This document shows, in pieces, positions 41,511 to 55,008 of a stretch of DNA of 64,000 bases. The stretch covers positions 99,262,001 to 99,326,000 of the forward strand of contig NC_043000.1 in the NCBI RefSeq assembly GCF_006345805.1, written 5' to 3'. The notes under the pieces were generated by a model. It saw nothing but the letters and a program-made list of their open reading frames with translations. It was not told where the DNA came from and searched no databases. Origin of the DNA: Octopus sinensis. Taxonomy: Eukaryota. How positions within the stretch are numbered: the first letter of the stretch is position 1; the number at the start of each line of letters is the position of its first letter. A program made the position numbers and the translations under genes.

Positions 41511-41577
41511 TAAAACTCAACCTCAGTTGATTTATCCAACTTCACGCCGGTGACAAAGAACATATTTAAAAGCATGA

Positions 41578-41608
<31 letters not shown>

Positions 41609-42319
41609 GCCTTGAAACCAGTACTGAAGTGGAAAATAAAATAGTATACATGTGAAAATATGTATATACAAACCATTAAAACAGACGTAAGGTAATAAAG
41701 TTTTCAATATGATTTTTCGTATTACGTCGGATTTCGAGTTAAATCGTAAGTTTGGCACTGATTACCGACGTAAGTTGATGTATGCCTGTATATTATATAC
41801 TACTTCTGTATGATATACAGTAGTCTATACCTTATGCTACGCTCTGCATTATATTTTACGGCCTATAAGTGGATGCCTTCTTACAAATCTTGTGCCTTGC
41901 TGAAAATGAAATAATAAAAATAAATAAAAAGAAAAAATAATAAATGCAAGAGTACAACACTTGGCTAAAATTGTTAGAATAATTTTTTCACTTTGCATTA
42001 CGAGTTCAAATACTCTTCGAATCAATTCATATTTTTATCATTTCTGGTATGAAAAAAAAAATCAAATGCTAGTGCAGATCTGTGTCAATATAATCAGTTA
42101 CAAAGTTATTTTTATAATCCTCATTTTGCGTAATTGGAATATGTCACAACAATTTGATTGATCGCAGCGTAAGTTACATAAAATTAAATGAAAATCTCTC
42201 TTTGCTTTCTTCTATTTCAGTTCTAGGGTTCAAATGCCGTCCCGCATCGATTCATTCTATATTTTGTTAAACTTCTCTTTCTGAGATTAGAAAATAATAC
42301 AAAAAAAAAAAAAAAAATT

Positions 42320-42535
42320 AAGTTCCTTCCCGTGTCACATAGACTCATAAGTGCGGCTTCTATGGCGCATATATTCTCCACTGGACGGGATGCCGGCCCG
42401 CAGCAGAATTCTTGCCAGTTGAGTGAACTGGAGCAACGTGAAATAATATATTTTTCTTCAGAACACAACTCGGTTCAGGAATCGAAACCACAATCAGGAG
42501 TCCAACATCCTAACCCCTAAGCTACATGCCTCCAC
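42320..42535 (-). mobile_element. SINE family C (tRNA/CORE-like)
   Basis: gtggaggcatgtagcttaggggttagg...gttgtgttc...tttcacgttgctccagttcactcaactggc. Related pieces at 22468-22625(+), 23355-23505(-), 32560-32715(-), 51010-51135(+). Confidence 0.65.
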
Positions 42536-43728
42536 TTTTCCGAGATTAATGAAATATATACAAGTAATATACTTTAAATGGTATATTTATACATTTGTCA
42601 AAAATTCCATTAAAATAACAAGAAGCAACAGATTTATTTCCAATTTTGTTGCCACAAGATCACACATTTTAGAAATAATCACCTCAGTGCTTTACCGGTA
42701 CTTATTTCATCTACTTTATGTGAAAATAAAAAGATTAAACTAGGTAGGATTTGAACTCAAAACGTAAAAGGTCTCACCTAACTACTATATGGAATTTTGT
42801 TCGACGTTCTAACGAATCAGCCAACTCACCGTGACAAAATACGACAGGGCCTCTTTTCAATGTATTCTGGTTTTCTTGCACCTCCACTAGGAAAACGGTA
42901 CCTCTGTTAAAGGGCTAAGATACTGATGTGGTGGAAAGGCGGCGAGCTGGCAGAAACGTTAGCACACCGGGCGAAATGCTTAGCGGTTCTGAATTGCCGC
43001 TACGTTCTGAGTTCAAATTCCGCCGAGGTCGACTTTGCTTTTCATTCTTTCGGGGTCGATTAAATAAGTACCAGTTACGCATTGGGGTCGATATAATCGA
43101 CTTAGTCTGTTTGTCTGTCCTTGTTTGCCCCCCCCCCTCTATGTGTAGCCCCTTGTGGGCAGTAAAGAAATACGATACGGATGTGGTGGGTACGTTATGG
43201 CACACATCAATATTGGTTTCAAATATTGGCACAAGGCCAGCAATTTCGAGCGAGTGGGTAAGTCGATTACATCAATTCCAGTGCTCAACTGGTACTTACT
43301 TATTTTATCGATCCTTATTTCTGTCGACCTCGGCAGAATTTGAACTCAGAACGGAAGGACGGACGATTCTGTCAGCTCACCAATACTGGTTCAAAGGTTG
43401 TTCACGTTTGCAAAACTGTATTACCATGAGCAACGTAAGTGAAGTGAACAGGATTTAACGAGGAACTGATATCGCATTGCCAAGTCGGGTGTTGGGAACG
43501 CCTTGTCATTTATTAAATCTCTTTTATCTTTTATTTCTACTCGTTTCCGTCTTTGGACTGCGGCCATGCTGGGATTTTAGTCGAACAAATTAACTCCAAT
43601 ACTTACGCTTTTATTTTTCTTAAGCCTGACACTTATTCTATCCGTCTCTTTTGCTAAACCACCAAGTTACAGAGACGTAAACAAACCAGCACCGATCATC
43701 AAGCAGGCAACAAACACGCAGACATATG

Positions 43729-43795
<67 letters not shown>

Positions 43796-45196
43796 TGTGT
43801 GTATGTGTGTATGCCAAGTTTACTCACAAGGCATTGGACGACCGAGGCTATAGTTTAATACGCTTACCTAAGTTTCTGTACAGTTCAATACGTACGTGAT
43901 TGCAAAGAAAGATTCTTCATCACACAGCTATGCCAGCTATTGAATAATATTTTGAAAGATTTTCTTGTTGACAGTATTACCACTGTTAATTTCTAACAAT
44001 ATTTTATCTGGTCAAAAACTATTTGCGCTCTCTGACAGTATTGTGCCTAGTCAAAAGTCACTTTCGTTTTTTTACAACTATAAACCCCCAAAAAACTGGA
44101 CCTGAACAAAAGCTAGTTCTTTAATTATTTTCCTTTGCTATTAAACTCAGCATCTTCTGCCGTTCAAAAAATTATTTCCTACAAAACACTAATAATGTTC
44201 AACCAGATTATTTTCTAGTGAGAAACTGTTTTCTTTTTGCTTCCAACTTCAATACCTAACAAAATTATGCTTTATCAAATGCTACGCTCCTCTCTTAAAA
44301 CTTTAATGTCCTACGAGGTATGCCAAGTATAATGTTTTATCTTTTCACTTCTCGTACAACCCCAAACCCCTACAGAGTTTACTGAGACAACTGCTGTTTC
44401 CTTTGATGCACAATTCTAATTCTTTGCAAAATTATACCTCGTCAAAAGCTTTTTCCTTTGTTTTATAATTCGAATGTCCTACAAGTCTATCCCTTCTCAA
44501 AGACTATTTCCATACGTTTACAATCCCAAAGATGTTTTCCTAATCAAGACCTTTTCCCTTTCCTATGGATCTCTGTTTCACACGATTGTGTCCAGTCAAA
44601 AGAAATTAATATTTGTTTGCTTAATGATTCCTCTTTTATCTTTTAATCGACTCCAGTATTTATTTGTTAACTCTGGTACTTATTCTATTGGTAAAGGGCA
44701 CGTACAGAATCTAGAATCAATTGTCAAGCGGTGGGGGAAGGGACAATTACTCATACATGCAGGATTATTCCCTTTTCCTAGCAACATGAAATTAGTTTTG
44801 CTCATGAACACAGCGCATCGAAACCAGTCATGAATGCAAGACTTTAACAGCTTGGCCACGTGTATCCGCCAATAAATTAGAGTACTAATCAAATGCTAGG
44901 ACCACAGTGATCTATTAATCTCATCCCACCAAATTTTTAGGCCTAATGTCTACGTTAGAGACAGCTATTATATAGAACGGTGGCTTGACAGAATCGTTAC
45001 ACCGTCGGAGAAATCGAACTTTGAAATATTTGTTCAAAACCTGTCGATGTCGGTATTGCTTTTTATCCTTTCGATATCGGTAAACTAAAATACCAGTTAA
45101 GCACTGGGATCGGTGTAAAATACTTGCCTGCTCGTCTTAAATTTATTGGTTTTGTGCCAAAAATCAAAAATATATATTTTTGTTGTTATTATCATT

Positions 45197-45560
45197 ATTG
45201 AGTGAGAGAGCAGTGCATGCCATCAAAGGGACACTGGGGTAAAATATACGAAGCCCAGTATATCCATCATGACTACCCGTCTGATAAGGGTACACCAGGC
45301 ACATGCATCACAACCATATGTGCGTGACATGGTGATCTCATATAAAGATAAACAGTTCATGACCTTGCATGTGGGGCCCAGTTAGAAATTCCTTCTGGTC
45401 GAGTAGCCATCCCGCTCAAAAGGTCCCTGAATAAGGATTGTTTAAGGATGTTGAACGAAACACCCATGTTTCCAAAGGTGAATTATCCAAACCTCCAAGA
45501 GTTCCTTTCAACACATGGCTATGATGCTCACCCACTACTTCCGTGTGATCAGAGATGCAC
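45197..45560. repeat. Unclassified interspersed repeat (possible LINE 3' end on the minus strand)
   Basis: 45245-45390 recurs as a reverse complement at about 9886-10035. Confidence 0.6.
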
Positions 45561-45586
45561 ATATCATACAAAAGATTATTATTATT

Positions 45587-46050
45587 GGTGAGCTGGCGGA
45601 ATCGTTAGCACACCGGGCGAAATGCTTAGCGGTATTTCGTCTGCCGTTACGTTCTGAGTTCAAATTCCGCCGAGGTCGACTTTGCCTTTCATCCTTTCGG
45701 GGTCGATAAATTAAGTGCCTGTTACGCACTGGGGTCGATATAATCAACTTAATCCGTTTGTCTGTCCTTGTTTGTCCCCTCTGTGTTTAGCCCCTTGTGG
45801 GTAGTAAAGAAATATGTATTTCGTCTGCCGCTACGTTCTGAGTTCAAATTCCTCCGAGGTCGACTTTGCCTTTCATCCTTTCGGGGTCGATAAATTAAGT
45901 ACCAGTTACGCACTGGGGTCGATGTAATCGACTTAATCCGTTTGTCTGTCCTTGTTTGTCGTCTCTGTGTTTCGCCACTTGTGGGTAGTAAAGAAATAGA
46001 AATAGGTATTTCGCCCGTCACTGCGTTCTGAGTTCCAGTTCCACCAAGGT
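45587..46050 (+). mobile_element. SINE family B, head-to-tail multimer
   Basis: gctggcggaatcgttagc...gttctgagttcaaattccgccgaggtcgactttgcctttcatcctttcggggtcg...cccttgtgggtagtaaagaaat is repeated, restarting at gtatttcg. Other copies: 12190-12380(-), 13615-13822(-), 15195-15400(-), 36786-37001(+), 42938-43172(+), 59876-60052(-). Confidence 0.85.
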
Positions 46051-46171
46051 CAATTCTTTGTAAGCCGAGTACTTATTCTATCGGTCTGTTTGACCGAACT
46101 ACTAAGTTACGGGAACGTAAACACACCGGCATTGGTTGTCAAGCGATGGGGGGGGGAGCAAACATACACTA

Positions 46172-46202
<31 letters not shown>

Positions 46203-46531
46203 CGACGGGCTTCAATCAGTTTCTATCTACCTAATCCACTCATAAGGCTTTGGTCAGCCTGAGGCTATTTTAGAAGACACTTGCCCCATGGTGCTATGCA
46301 GTGGAACTGAACCCAGAACCATGTGGTTGGTAAGCAAGCTACTTACCACGCAGTCACATACATACATACATACAGAGATATATGGTTTATAATTAGAAGT
46401 TAGTACGTGTGAGAAGTTATTTCAACAAGAGTTCAGTCATTATGAAGTGTATACATATTCATATGCATATCTTGCATATCTATCAAAATGCATGCATACA
46501 CACACACACACACACATACACGAACACAGAC

Positions 46532-46569
<38 letters not shown>

Positions 46570-46585
46570 GAACACAGACATATAT

Positions 46586-46628
<43 letters not shown>

Positions 46629-46648
46629 TACACACACACACGAACACA

Positions 46649-46698
<50 letters not shown>

Positions 46699-46961
46699 TT
46701 ACACACGTAGCCCCCATCCGACTACCAACCTATGCGTATAAACATATACTGGTTTACGGAAATATGCCGCCACATACTTGCTCCACAGGGTAGACGATAA
46801 TTAGTTTCAACGTTGTATTAATCATGAACAGTTTTCAAAAATAAAAAAAAAGTTTATAAAATTATGAATTATTTGGGACGGCAACATCAAAGAGAGAAAA
46901 CGCAAAGGGTCAAACTCTGATGCATGATCATAGCATGTCTTCTGCTACACACACACACAAT

Positions 46962-47030
<69 letters not shown>

Positions 47031-47295
47031 ACACACACACATACATATACATATACTCTATGTGTGTATATTACGTGTTACAGTCATTTGACTGCAGCCA
47101 TGCTGGAGTACCGCCTTTAGTCGAACAAATCAACCTCAGGACTTATACTTTGTCAGCCTAGTACTTATTCTATTGGACTCTTTTGCCGAACCACTAAGTT
47201 ACGCGAACGTAAACACACCAACATCAATTGTCAAGCGATGGTGGGTGGGAGGACAAAGACATGCAATTATATATATACATATATATATATGTATA

Positions 47296-48556
47296 TTAGG
47301 CAGGCAACTAAGTTCCCGCGGTTTTTTAAATTAAAAATTTTTTAAAGGTTTAATACAAAATAACAACTAATTACTCAATAATGTATTCACCCTTGTTGTT
47401 TACAACTTCTTCCCAACGTTCAACAAGATTTTCAATACCTCGTTGGTAGAAATCACCCGATTTCGACTTGAAAAATTGAACCAACCAAGCTCTCAATTCT
47501 GCATTAGTATTGAACGAAACTCCGCACATAGCATTTGAAAGAGATCGAAAGAAGTGGAAGTCCGTTGGTGCCAAGTCAGGAGAGTACGGCAGGTGTGGCA
47601 GCACTTCCCAGCCATGCGTTTGAATGGCTTCCTTGGTCATATTGGCGATATGAGGGCGGGCGTTGTCGTGCAGCAGAAGAACTCCATGCTGACGATTAGG
47701 TCTTTTCTCTTGAATAGCCGTGTTGAGTCTTTCATCTGTTGAACATAGAGTTCCGCGTTGATCGTTTGGTTCCGTTCAAACAATTCGTAATGGATAATCC
47801 CTTCCCAGTCCCACCATACGCACATCATCGTTTTACGCGAATGAAGATCTTGTTTCACGCGTGGTGTCGCTTGTTTACAGAGGCTAAGCCATTCCTTATA
47901 CTGTTTCATATTGATGTACAGGTACCATTTTTCGTCGCCAGTAACGATTCGGTACAGAAATCGTTGCTTGTGTCCATGAGTTGAGCGGTGACCAGCAAGC
48001 AAACCAGCAGAGATTGTGGCTCGTTGACTTTTGTTGTTGTCACTTAAAAGCATGCGGAACTCATGCTCCATACTTCTGAACGTTTCCCATCGAGTGAAGA
48101 TGCTTCTGTATAGCAGTGTGGGAGCATTCCATTTTCTCTGCCATTTCCCTTGTCATTTGACTAGAATTTTCGTGCAAAAGTTGGTTTTCATCGAACTCAA
48201 CTGGACGGCCACAATGAGGTGCGTTCTGCCATTTTTGAACTTGGCATACCAATCACGAGCGGTTCTTTCAGCTATGGCACCCTCTCCATATACAGCACAA
48301 GTCGCGAGCAGCTTTTGCGGTCTTAGAACTTTGATAAAAAGCAAAAAGAAGGTGTCAAAAATGCTTGTTTTTCTTAACTTGACATTCCATTTTAATGATC
48401 TGAAAATAAATAAAATTTAACTAAAATTAACTACAAAAAAATATAGATTCCAAAATGATTCAAAAATATAATTCTCGAAACAAATACATTCCATAATTTA
48501 AAAACGCAATAAATTCCAAAATTTAAAAATACGGTGGTAACTTATTTGCCAACCCA
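47296..48556 (-). mobile_element. Full-length degenerate mariner, DD34D
   Basis: Imperfect TIRs flanked by TA on both sides. Frameshifted transposase with RIVTGDEKW and HDNARPH...YSPDLAPTDFH; there are 34 residues between the second and third Asp. Confidence 0.93.
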
Positions 48557-48591
<35 letters not shown>

Positions 48592-49683
48592 GTATATATA
48601 TATGTGTGTGTGTGTGTGTGTATGATGGACTTCTTTCAGTTTCACAAGGTTTGGGCGCCCTGAGGCTATAGTAAAAGACACTTGCCCAAAGTGCCACGCA
48701 GTGGAACTGAATCCGTAACCATAAAGTTGGGAAGCAAGCGTCTTACCACATAGCCACGCCAATATATATTTACATATTTACAAGCTTCAACCCAAGAGCT
48801 GCGGCTATTCAGGGACACCGCCATTAGCTTTGCTACACTTTCACTACTGAAACCACCTTTGATACACATGTATGTATGTATGTATGTATGTATGTATGTA
48901 TGTATGTATGTATGTATGTATATATTAACAGTCGTCTGCCATAATAAGTTTTCCGACTGAAGGTATTAACCCTTTCCCCTTAATGCATGCATCTGTCTAT
49001 GTATTCATATATGAATTCATGTCGGTGCTTAACGTTTAAAATTGACACTTTAAAATATGTAAGGATTGAATTTACTGTAGTATTTGTCCTGAGATAACAT
49101 CTGTTATGGTTTTGCTGTGTTAAAAGCATAATATATACCAGAGGGTGGCGAAAATTCGTACCAGAAGCGGCTAGTGAATACCAGATGTATTCCGACTTTT
49201 TTGGTTTTTTTTTTAGCCTTTTCAAAGGCACGAACTTACAGCCAGCCACAAGTCTCAAGACAAAGGCTCCAGCAACTGGCCTATCGTCAGTATGTATACG
49301 TTAAGTATGTTACAAAGATGGCTATTTAAATTAAATATAGCTTCAATTGCGTATACCAGATTTTTAAACAAGCGTGCGCGTATTCGCAAATCAATAAAGT
49401 TTTAAATCCCATATTCTTGTATCACTGGCATTCCGTCGGTTACGACGACGAGGAATCTAGTTGATCCGATCAACTGAACAGCCTGCTCGTGAAATTAACG
49501 GGCATGTGGCTGAGCACTCTACAGACGCGTGTACCCTTAACGTAGTTCTCGGGGAGATCCAGCGTGACACAGTGTAACAAATACTATTCATTTTTGCCAA
49601 CTAAGTGATATTTTCCTAGATCAGAGATGATACAGGAATTCTCATCCGATATACACATACACACACACACACACACATATGTT

Positions 49684-49752
<69 letters not shown>

Positions 49753-51269
49753 TATATACCCAAAAATTGTAGCGAAAAGAAATAACGGTCTTTTGGCTGC
49801 TATTTCTAAATTTTTTGGTATGTGGTCAAGCAACTTGTTGCTAAACCCTTAATTATTGTTATAATTATATATAAAACTTCTTGTATAAGTTTTTACCGAA
49901 TATGGTTCCTTTCCATACCGAAACTACTCGGTGAAATTTATTAATTAGAAATTAATAATTTTTTACCTTATATCTATAATATATATATATATATATATAT
50001 AATATATTAATAAATAAAACATATGCATATATATATATACATATATGTACGTACCTACCTCTACATGTATATATACACTCATATATGAGTACAGGACACC
50101 AAAAAAACGTCGAACACAATGAGAAACGAAAACATAGACACAAACACAAGGAACTGGACATTTTTCTTAAACAACAAAAAAATAGAGTACAAGACAAATA
50201 ACACAAGGAAAAAACCCTTCTTCAGTCGCCATGGTTTCATCTACTCTACGTTTCGAAGGTGAAGGCGAGACGTATCTTCGATAAGAAACTTTCCTTCCTG
50301 CGAAAAGAAAATCAAATAAAATTTGAGATCTTTTTGCAGAGGGGTAAAATGGTAACAAAACCAGGACAGTAACGACAGTACAAGGAAAATAACAAGACAA
50401 GAAGGGCTGTTAACGCCGATATATATATATATATAACTAAAAAAAAGTTAGAGGTTGTGAATCCAACCAACTACGGGATAATATCTATCCAATATACTGC
50501 TGGTAGAATACCCAATTATTAATGCACAAGTGTTTCCTATTGCATTGCAATTACATTACCTAGTGCATTAAATGGGTGAACGTAAAGAGATATTTTACCA
50601 TTAAGTTATATAGCAATAAGAAAATGGAGGGGATCAATAGATGGTTCATCAACTTTTAGACATTATATTGTTATCTTATTTATTTATTTACTAAACTGAC
50701 AATTACAATAATATACATACATGTATAACATATGTAAAACATAATATGTTATACATGTATGTATATTCTTGTAATTGTCATTTTAGTAAATAAATAAATA
50801 AGTTAGCATATTATAATGTCTAAAAGTTGATGAACCATCTATTGATCCCCTCCATTTTCTTATTGCTATGTATATATATGCTTATATATATACATATATA
50901 TATGTAAATACATATATTTATTTATATGTATATATATGTATATATTAACATCAATATATTATTATATATATATATATATATATACACACACATACATACA
51001 TACATGTGAAAATGTGTAGCCTTGTGGTTAGGCTGTTACACACACGATCACTATATCGTGGGTTCGATTCCCTGATTGGGCAACGCGTTGTGTTCTTGAA
51101 CAAATCACTTCATTTCACATTGTTCCAGTACCCCCATTCAATCAGGAAGGAATGTTGGCCTGCGCACACACATTCGTATATAAATGCAAATATACATGTA
51201 GTGTTTGTATTGAAGCTGAAAAGGCATCGCAAACTGTTACTTATGGTTTCATATAAAGTGAACAGTATA

Positions 51270-51706
51270 GGCGCAGGAGTGGTTGTGTGGTAAGTAACTT
51301 GCTTACCGACCACGTGGTTCCGGGTTCAGTCCCACTGCGCGGCACCTTAGGCAAGTGTCTTCTACTATAGCTTCGGGGTGACCATAGCCTTGTGGGTGGA
51401 TTTGGTAGACGGAAACTGAAAGAAGCCCGTCGTATATATGTATATGTATGTATATATATATACTATAATGTGTGTGTGTGTGTGTGTGTGTTTGTGTGTC
51501 TGTGTTTGTCTGCCCCTCCCCCAATATCGCTTGACAACCGATGGTGGTGTGTTTACGTCCCCGTAACTTTGCGGTTCGGCAAAAGAGACCGACAGAATAT
51601 GTACTAGGCTTACAATGAATAAGTCCTGGGGTCGATTTACTCGACTGAAGGCGGTGCTCCAGCATGGCCGCAGTCAAATGACTGAAACAAGTAAAAGAGT
51701 AAAAGA

Positions 51707-51708
<2 letters not shown>
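51270..51708 (+). mobile_element. SINE family A (tRNA-like head, CORE-like cttgggcaagtgtctt box, internal microsatellite), near-complete copy
   Basis: Many similar copies in the window: 563-720(-), 2822-3212(+), 17111-17520(+), 17985-18220(+), 23845-24235(-), 24500-24772(-), 43520-43935(-), 46060-46345(-), 47075-47255(-), 48620-48760(-), 53090-53330(-). Confidence 0.85.
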
Positions 51709-51784
<76 letters not shown>

Positions 51785-52329
51785 GCACACGTATATACTA
51801 AATCCATAAACAAACGTCCGCTAATTGTTTCGACTTGAATTACATTTATTCCACATTTGTATTTTTACTTTCTGTATCGCATAGCAGGAGGTAAAAAGGA
51901 TTAGAATGCATGCATTAGGCACAGAAATTTGATGGAAAAAAACTTAATGGTATTATCACTGAAGAGCGCGACAGTTGCAAGAGCAAAAACAGATACACAG
52001 CTACAGAGCTACAGAAGAAAAAGCAGAACAAAATATAATTGACAAAATCCAATTTCGAAATCTGTATAAACATGAAAAATATATACTTGGGGATATGGGG
52101 AAAAAATCAAACCAGTTAATTCAAGGTAGGAAAGATAATTTTCGAAAAAAATAAATATTAAGCAATAAAATGAAATATAATAACATATAATATAATATAA
52201 AATCCTGGTTGATAAAAGGTCATATTAAGGGTAAAACGATAAATGTTAAATCAAACAGTTTTCTGTAAAATTATCTAAAGATTAAATGCGACAGTCGGAA
52301 GAAAGCAATTCAAATTCAAAATGACAGAA

Positions 52330-52960
52330 AAATTGACAGTATTCTATATATTCGAAGTTTATGATTGAACCAGTAAAGCTTATACGATAGTGAGAAATAT
52401 TGTATATTAATATATCAAAACATTGTTTTGTAGCAAAAGCCACAAAATCAAAAACTTTGAAGGATGCCTACAATAATTCAGCCGTTCGATTTTATAGTAC
52501 AAGGTCGATTTGTCTTCAAAGAGAGTAAAATATTTCCCCCCTATGTGTAAGAGATATTTCATAGAATTGCAATAGGCTTGTCTTTCCAAAGTAGACCATT
52601 AGATTTTGAAAGAGGAAGAACAGGTTTCTTTCAATTGCCATACGAGTTTTGATAAACTTGTTGAAGACCTATTTTCTAAATACTTCAAAAAATTTTCGTG
52701 CAAATAAAGCTTTGTCATAAAGCTGTTTTCCGTGGTTCTAGTGTAAGTTTTATCGACTCGGATCTCACACTTTTAAACAACTCTTTTGGTGAGACAATTA
52801 CCATAAAGAGAAGAGTTACAAGACTCTTTACAAGTGCATTCAGGGTTGTCATATTTTTACAATTTCAAGGCATATGCCTCCGAACGGTTAATATATCAAT
52901 AAATTAAAATATTACCATTTCTGACTGCTGCATATACCTTATTTTTTTATCGTAAATTCG
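52330..52960 (-). mobile_element. Degenerate Penelope-like GIY-YIG relic
   Basis: Minus-strand translation CTCKESCNSSLYGNCLTKRVV...TENSF...STSLSKLVWQLKE...WSTL resembles the PLE endonuclease pattern CNC...G.CL...VVY...T.LS..IW.LK. Confidence 0.55.
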
Positions 52961-53459
52961 AAAATGTATATCGGATGTATTTTGTCACATTTTTGGTAAT
53001 TTTAAATTTGAATCGTTTTCTTCTAAATGTCGTAATCGTCCTTTACATCATTGCCTTTCTTTTATCTTTTATATTTTATTGTTTATCTTTTACTTGCTTT
53101 TGTCAATGGATTGCAGTGTGCTGGTGCACTGCCTTCAAAGTCTTAGTCGAACAAATTGACCCCAGTACTTATTTTTTGAGGCATGATACTTTATTCTCTA
53201 GGTCTCTTTTTGCGGAACCACTCAGTTACCGGGACGTAAACAACACCATTTGTCAAGTGGAGGCGGAGCACACACAAACATAAAAACACACACATAGATA
53301 TATACATACGTATTTTCAGTTCCAATTACGCAATATTTTACTCTACTGTTGGTATTTGAGTGCTATTTTCCCCAACTTCTTATGTACCTATGTGCTCGCA
53401 TATGTATGCATACATACATACATACATACATACATACATACATACATACATACATACAT

Positions 53460-54170
53460 TTCTAAATCCCACTTTGAAGGGTATGCATTTGCAATCCAGG
53501 AACAAGAAATATCAACCAAATACCTGATGCACAAAAAGTACAGAAACGCAGAAAAAGCAGCAAAATGTGATAACCTAAATAGACTTTGTGATGATAACAC
53601 CGAAGATAGCACTCACATCATAAGCAGTTGTCCGAAAATGTTATCACGGTATTATCTACCGACCAGACATGATGTAGCTTGGACATTGTATAATGAGATC
53701 TGTCCAAGAGATAACTAAGAGGTCAAAGAAATAAAAACCTACGGTATAGTAGAAGCCATAGCCTCTCATGATAAAAAGGAGTCCTGATGGAATGTCCCAG
53801 CGAAAACCTTAATAAAATATAAACATAATAGACCTGACATCGTAATCAGGCATAGAGAAGAGAAACTGTGTACAGTTGTGGACATCAGCTGTCCAGCGGA
53901 TGTTAACATAAAGCTAAAGTTCAGCGAAAAAGAAAATAGCTATGTTGAACTATTGAATCTACAGTTACTCTATCCAGATTACAAGTTCAGTTTTATACCC
54001 GTAGTTGTTGGGGCACAGGGATATGTAACACATTGCCTAAATACCAATTGTGATATATTAAGCTTCTCAAAACCAGAAAGTAGAAAGCTGATTCGAAGAC
54101 TACAGATCCAAGCCATCACTGGAACTAGAAATCTGTAAAACGTTCCAGAAGTTTATCGTTTAAGTATGTA
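53460..54170 (+). mobile_element. R4/Dong-like (RLE-type) non-LTR retrotransposon, 3' fragment
   Basis: FAIQEQEISTKY, HIISSCP...RHDVA, NRPDIVI...VVDISCPADVNIKLKFSEKENSY, FIPVVVGAQG: a zinc knuckle plus PD-D/E restriction-like endonuclease. Confidence 0.85.
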
Positions 54171-54267
54171 TGGGCGTATCTAGATAGGCAAGAATATGCA
54201 TGAAAAATATACATATAAAACAAAACATACAAATCTTCACATATACATACATATACATACATACGCA

Positions 54268-54308
<41 letters not shown>

Positions 54309-54556
54309 AATTGAGAGAGGGAGAGAAGCACTCAAAAATATATGCAAATGTATGCAAACGTATACAAACACACTCACTTGTCTTTCATTTATCTCGTGTC
54401 ATTTATGTTCCATGTTATACCTATGAATTTTTTTTTTTTTCATTGAACTATTTGCAAAAGTTTGTACTTACATAGGTTCTTGTGATAGTTACAAACTATT
54501 ATTTCTGCCGGTAATACACGTGTGTGTATTAGTATTCGTGTAAGTACGCATGCGTG

Positions 54557-54641
<85 letters not shown>

Positions 54642-54734
54642 TATAGATGTATGCGTATATATATGCATACATACATATATATACATACACACACATACAT
54701 ATATACATACATACATATATACATACATACATAC

Positions 54735-54792
<58 letters not shown>

Positions 54793-55008
54793 TCAATATA
54801 GGGTGGCAAAAATTTCGCAGAATTTTTTGCCACCAGCGGCCTAGTGGGAAAAATTAAATAGTCATAGACCATTTATAAATTCAACAGCAAAATCAAGGAA
54901 CGGCCATAATAGGCCATTCACCCACTAGAAATAACAGCCAAGGCTTCAACCGCAAAACAACATTAATTCCGTAAACCAGGAGAAAATTAAAAAAACAGTT
55001 ACCCTGTA

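Noticed and set aside
43950-44640. Coding region or structured array in the gtcaaaa-rich stretch
   Set aside because: Only a loose, degenerate periodicity with no consistent unit and no credible ORF.
49430-49520. Hammerhead in the ggttacgacgacgagg...ctcgtgaaattaacg repeat
   Set aside because: No CUGANGA core and the GAAA context is wrong. It is only a hairpin-containing repeat.
50215-50290. Hammerhead in the minus-strand ttcgaaacgtag...ctgaagaaggg segment
   Set aside because: The half-motifs are in the wrong order or lack pairable stems. It may be a decayed pLTR, but it is not supportable by eye.
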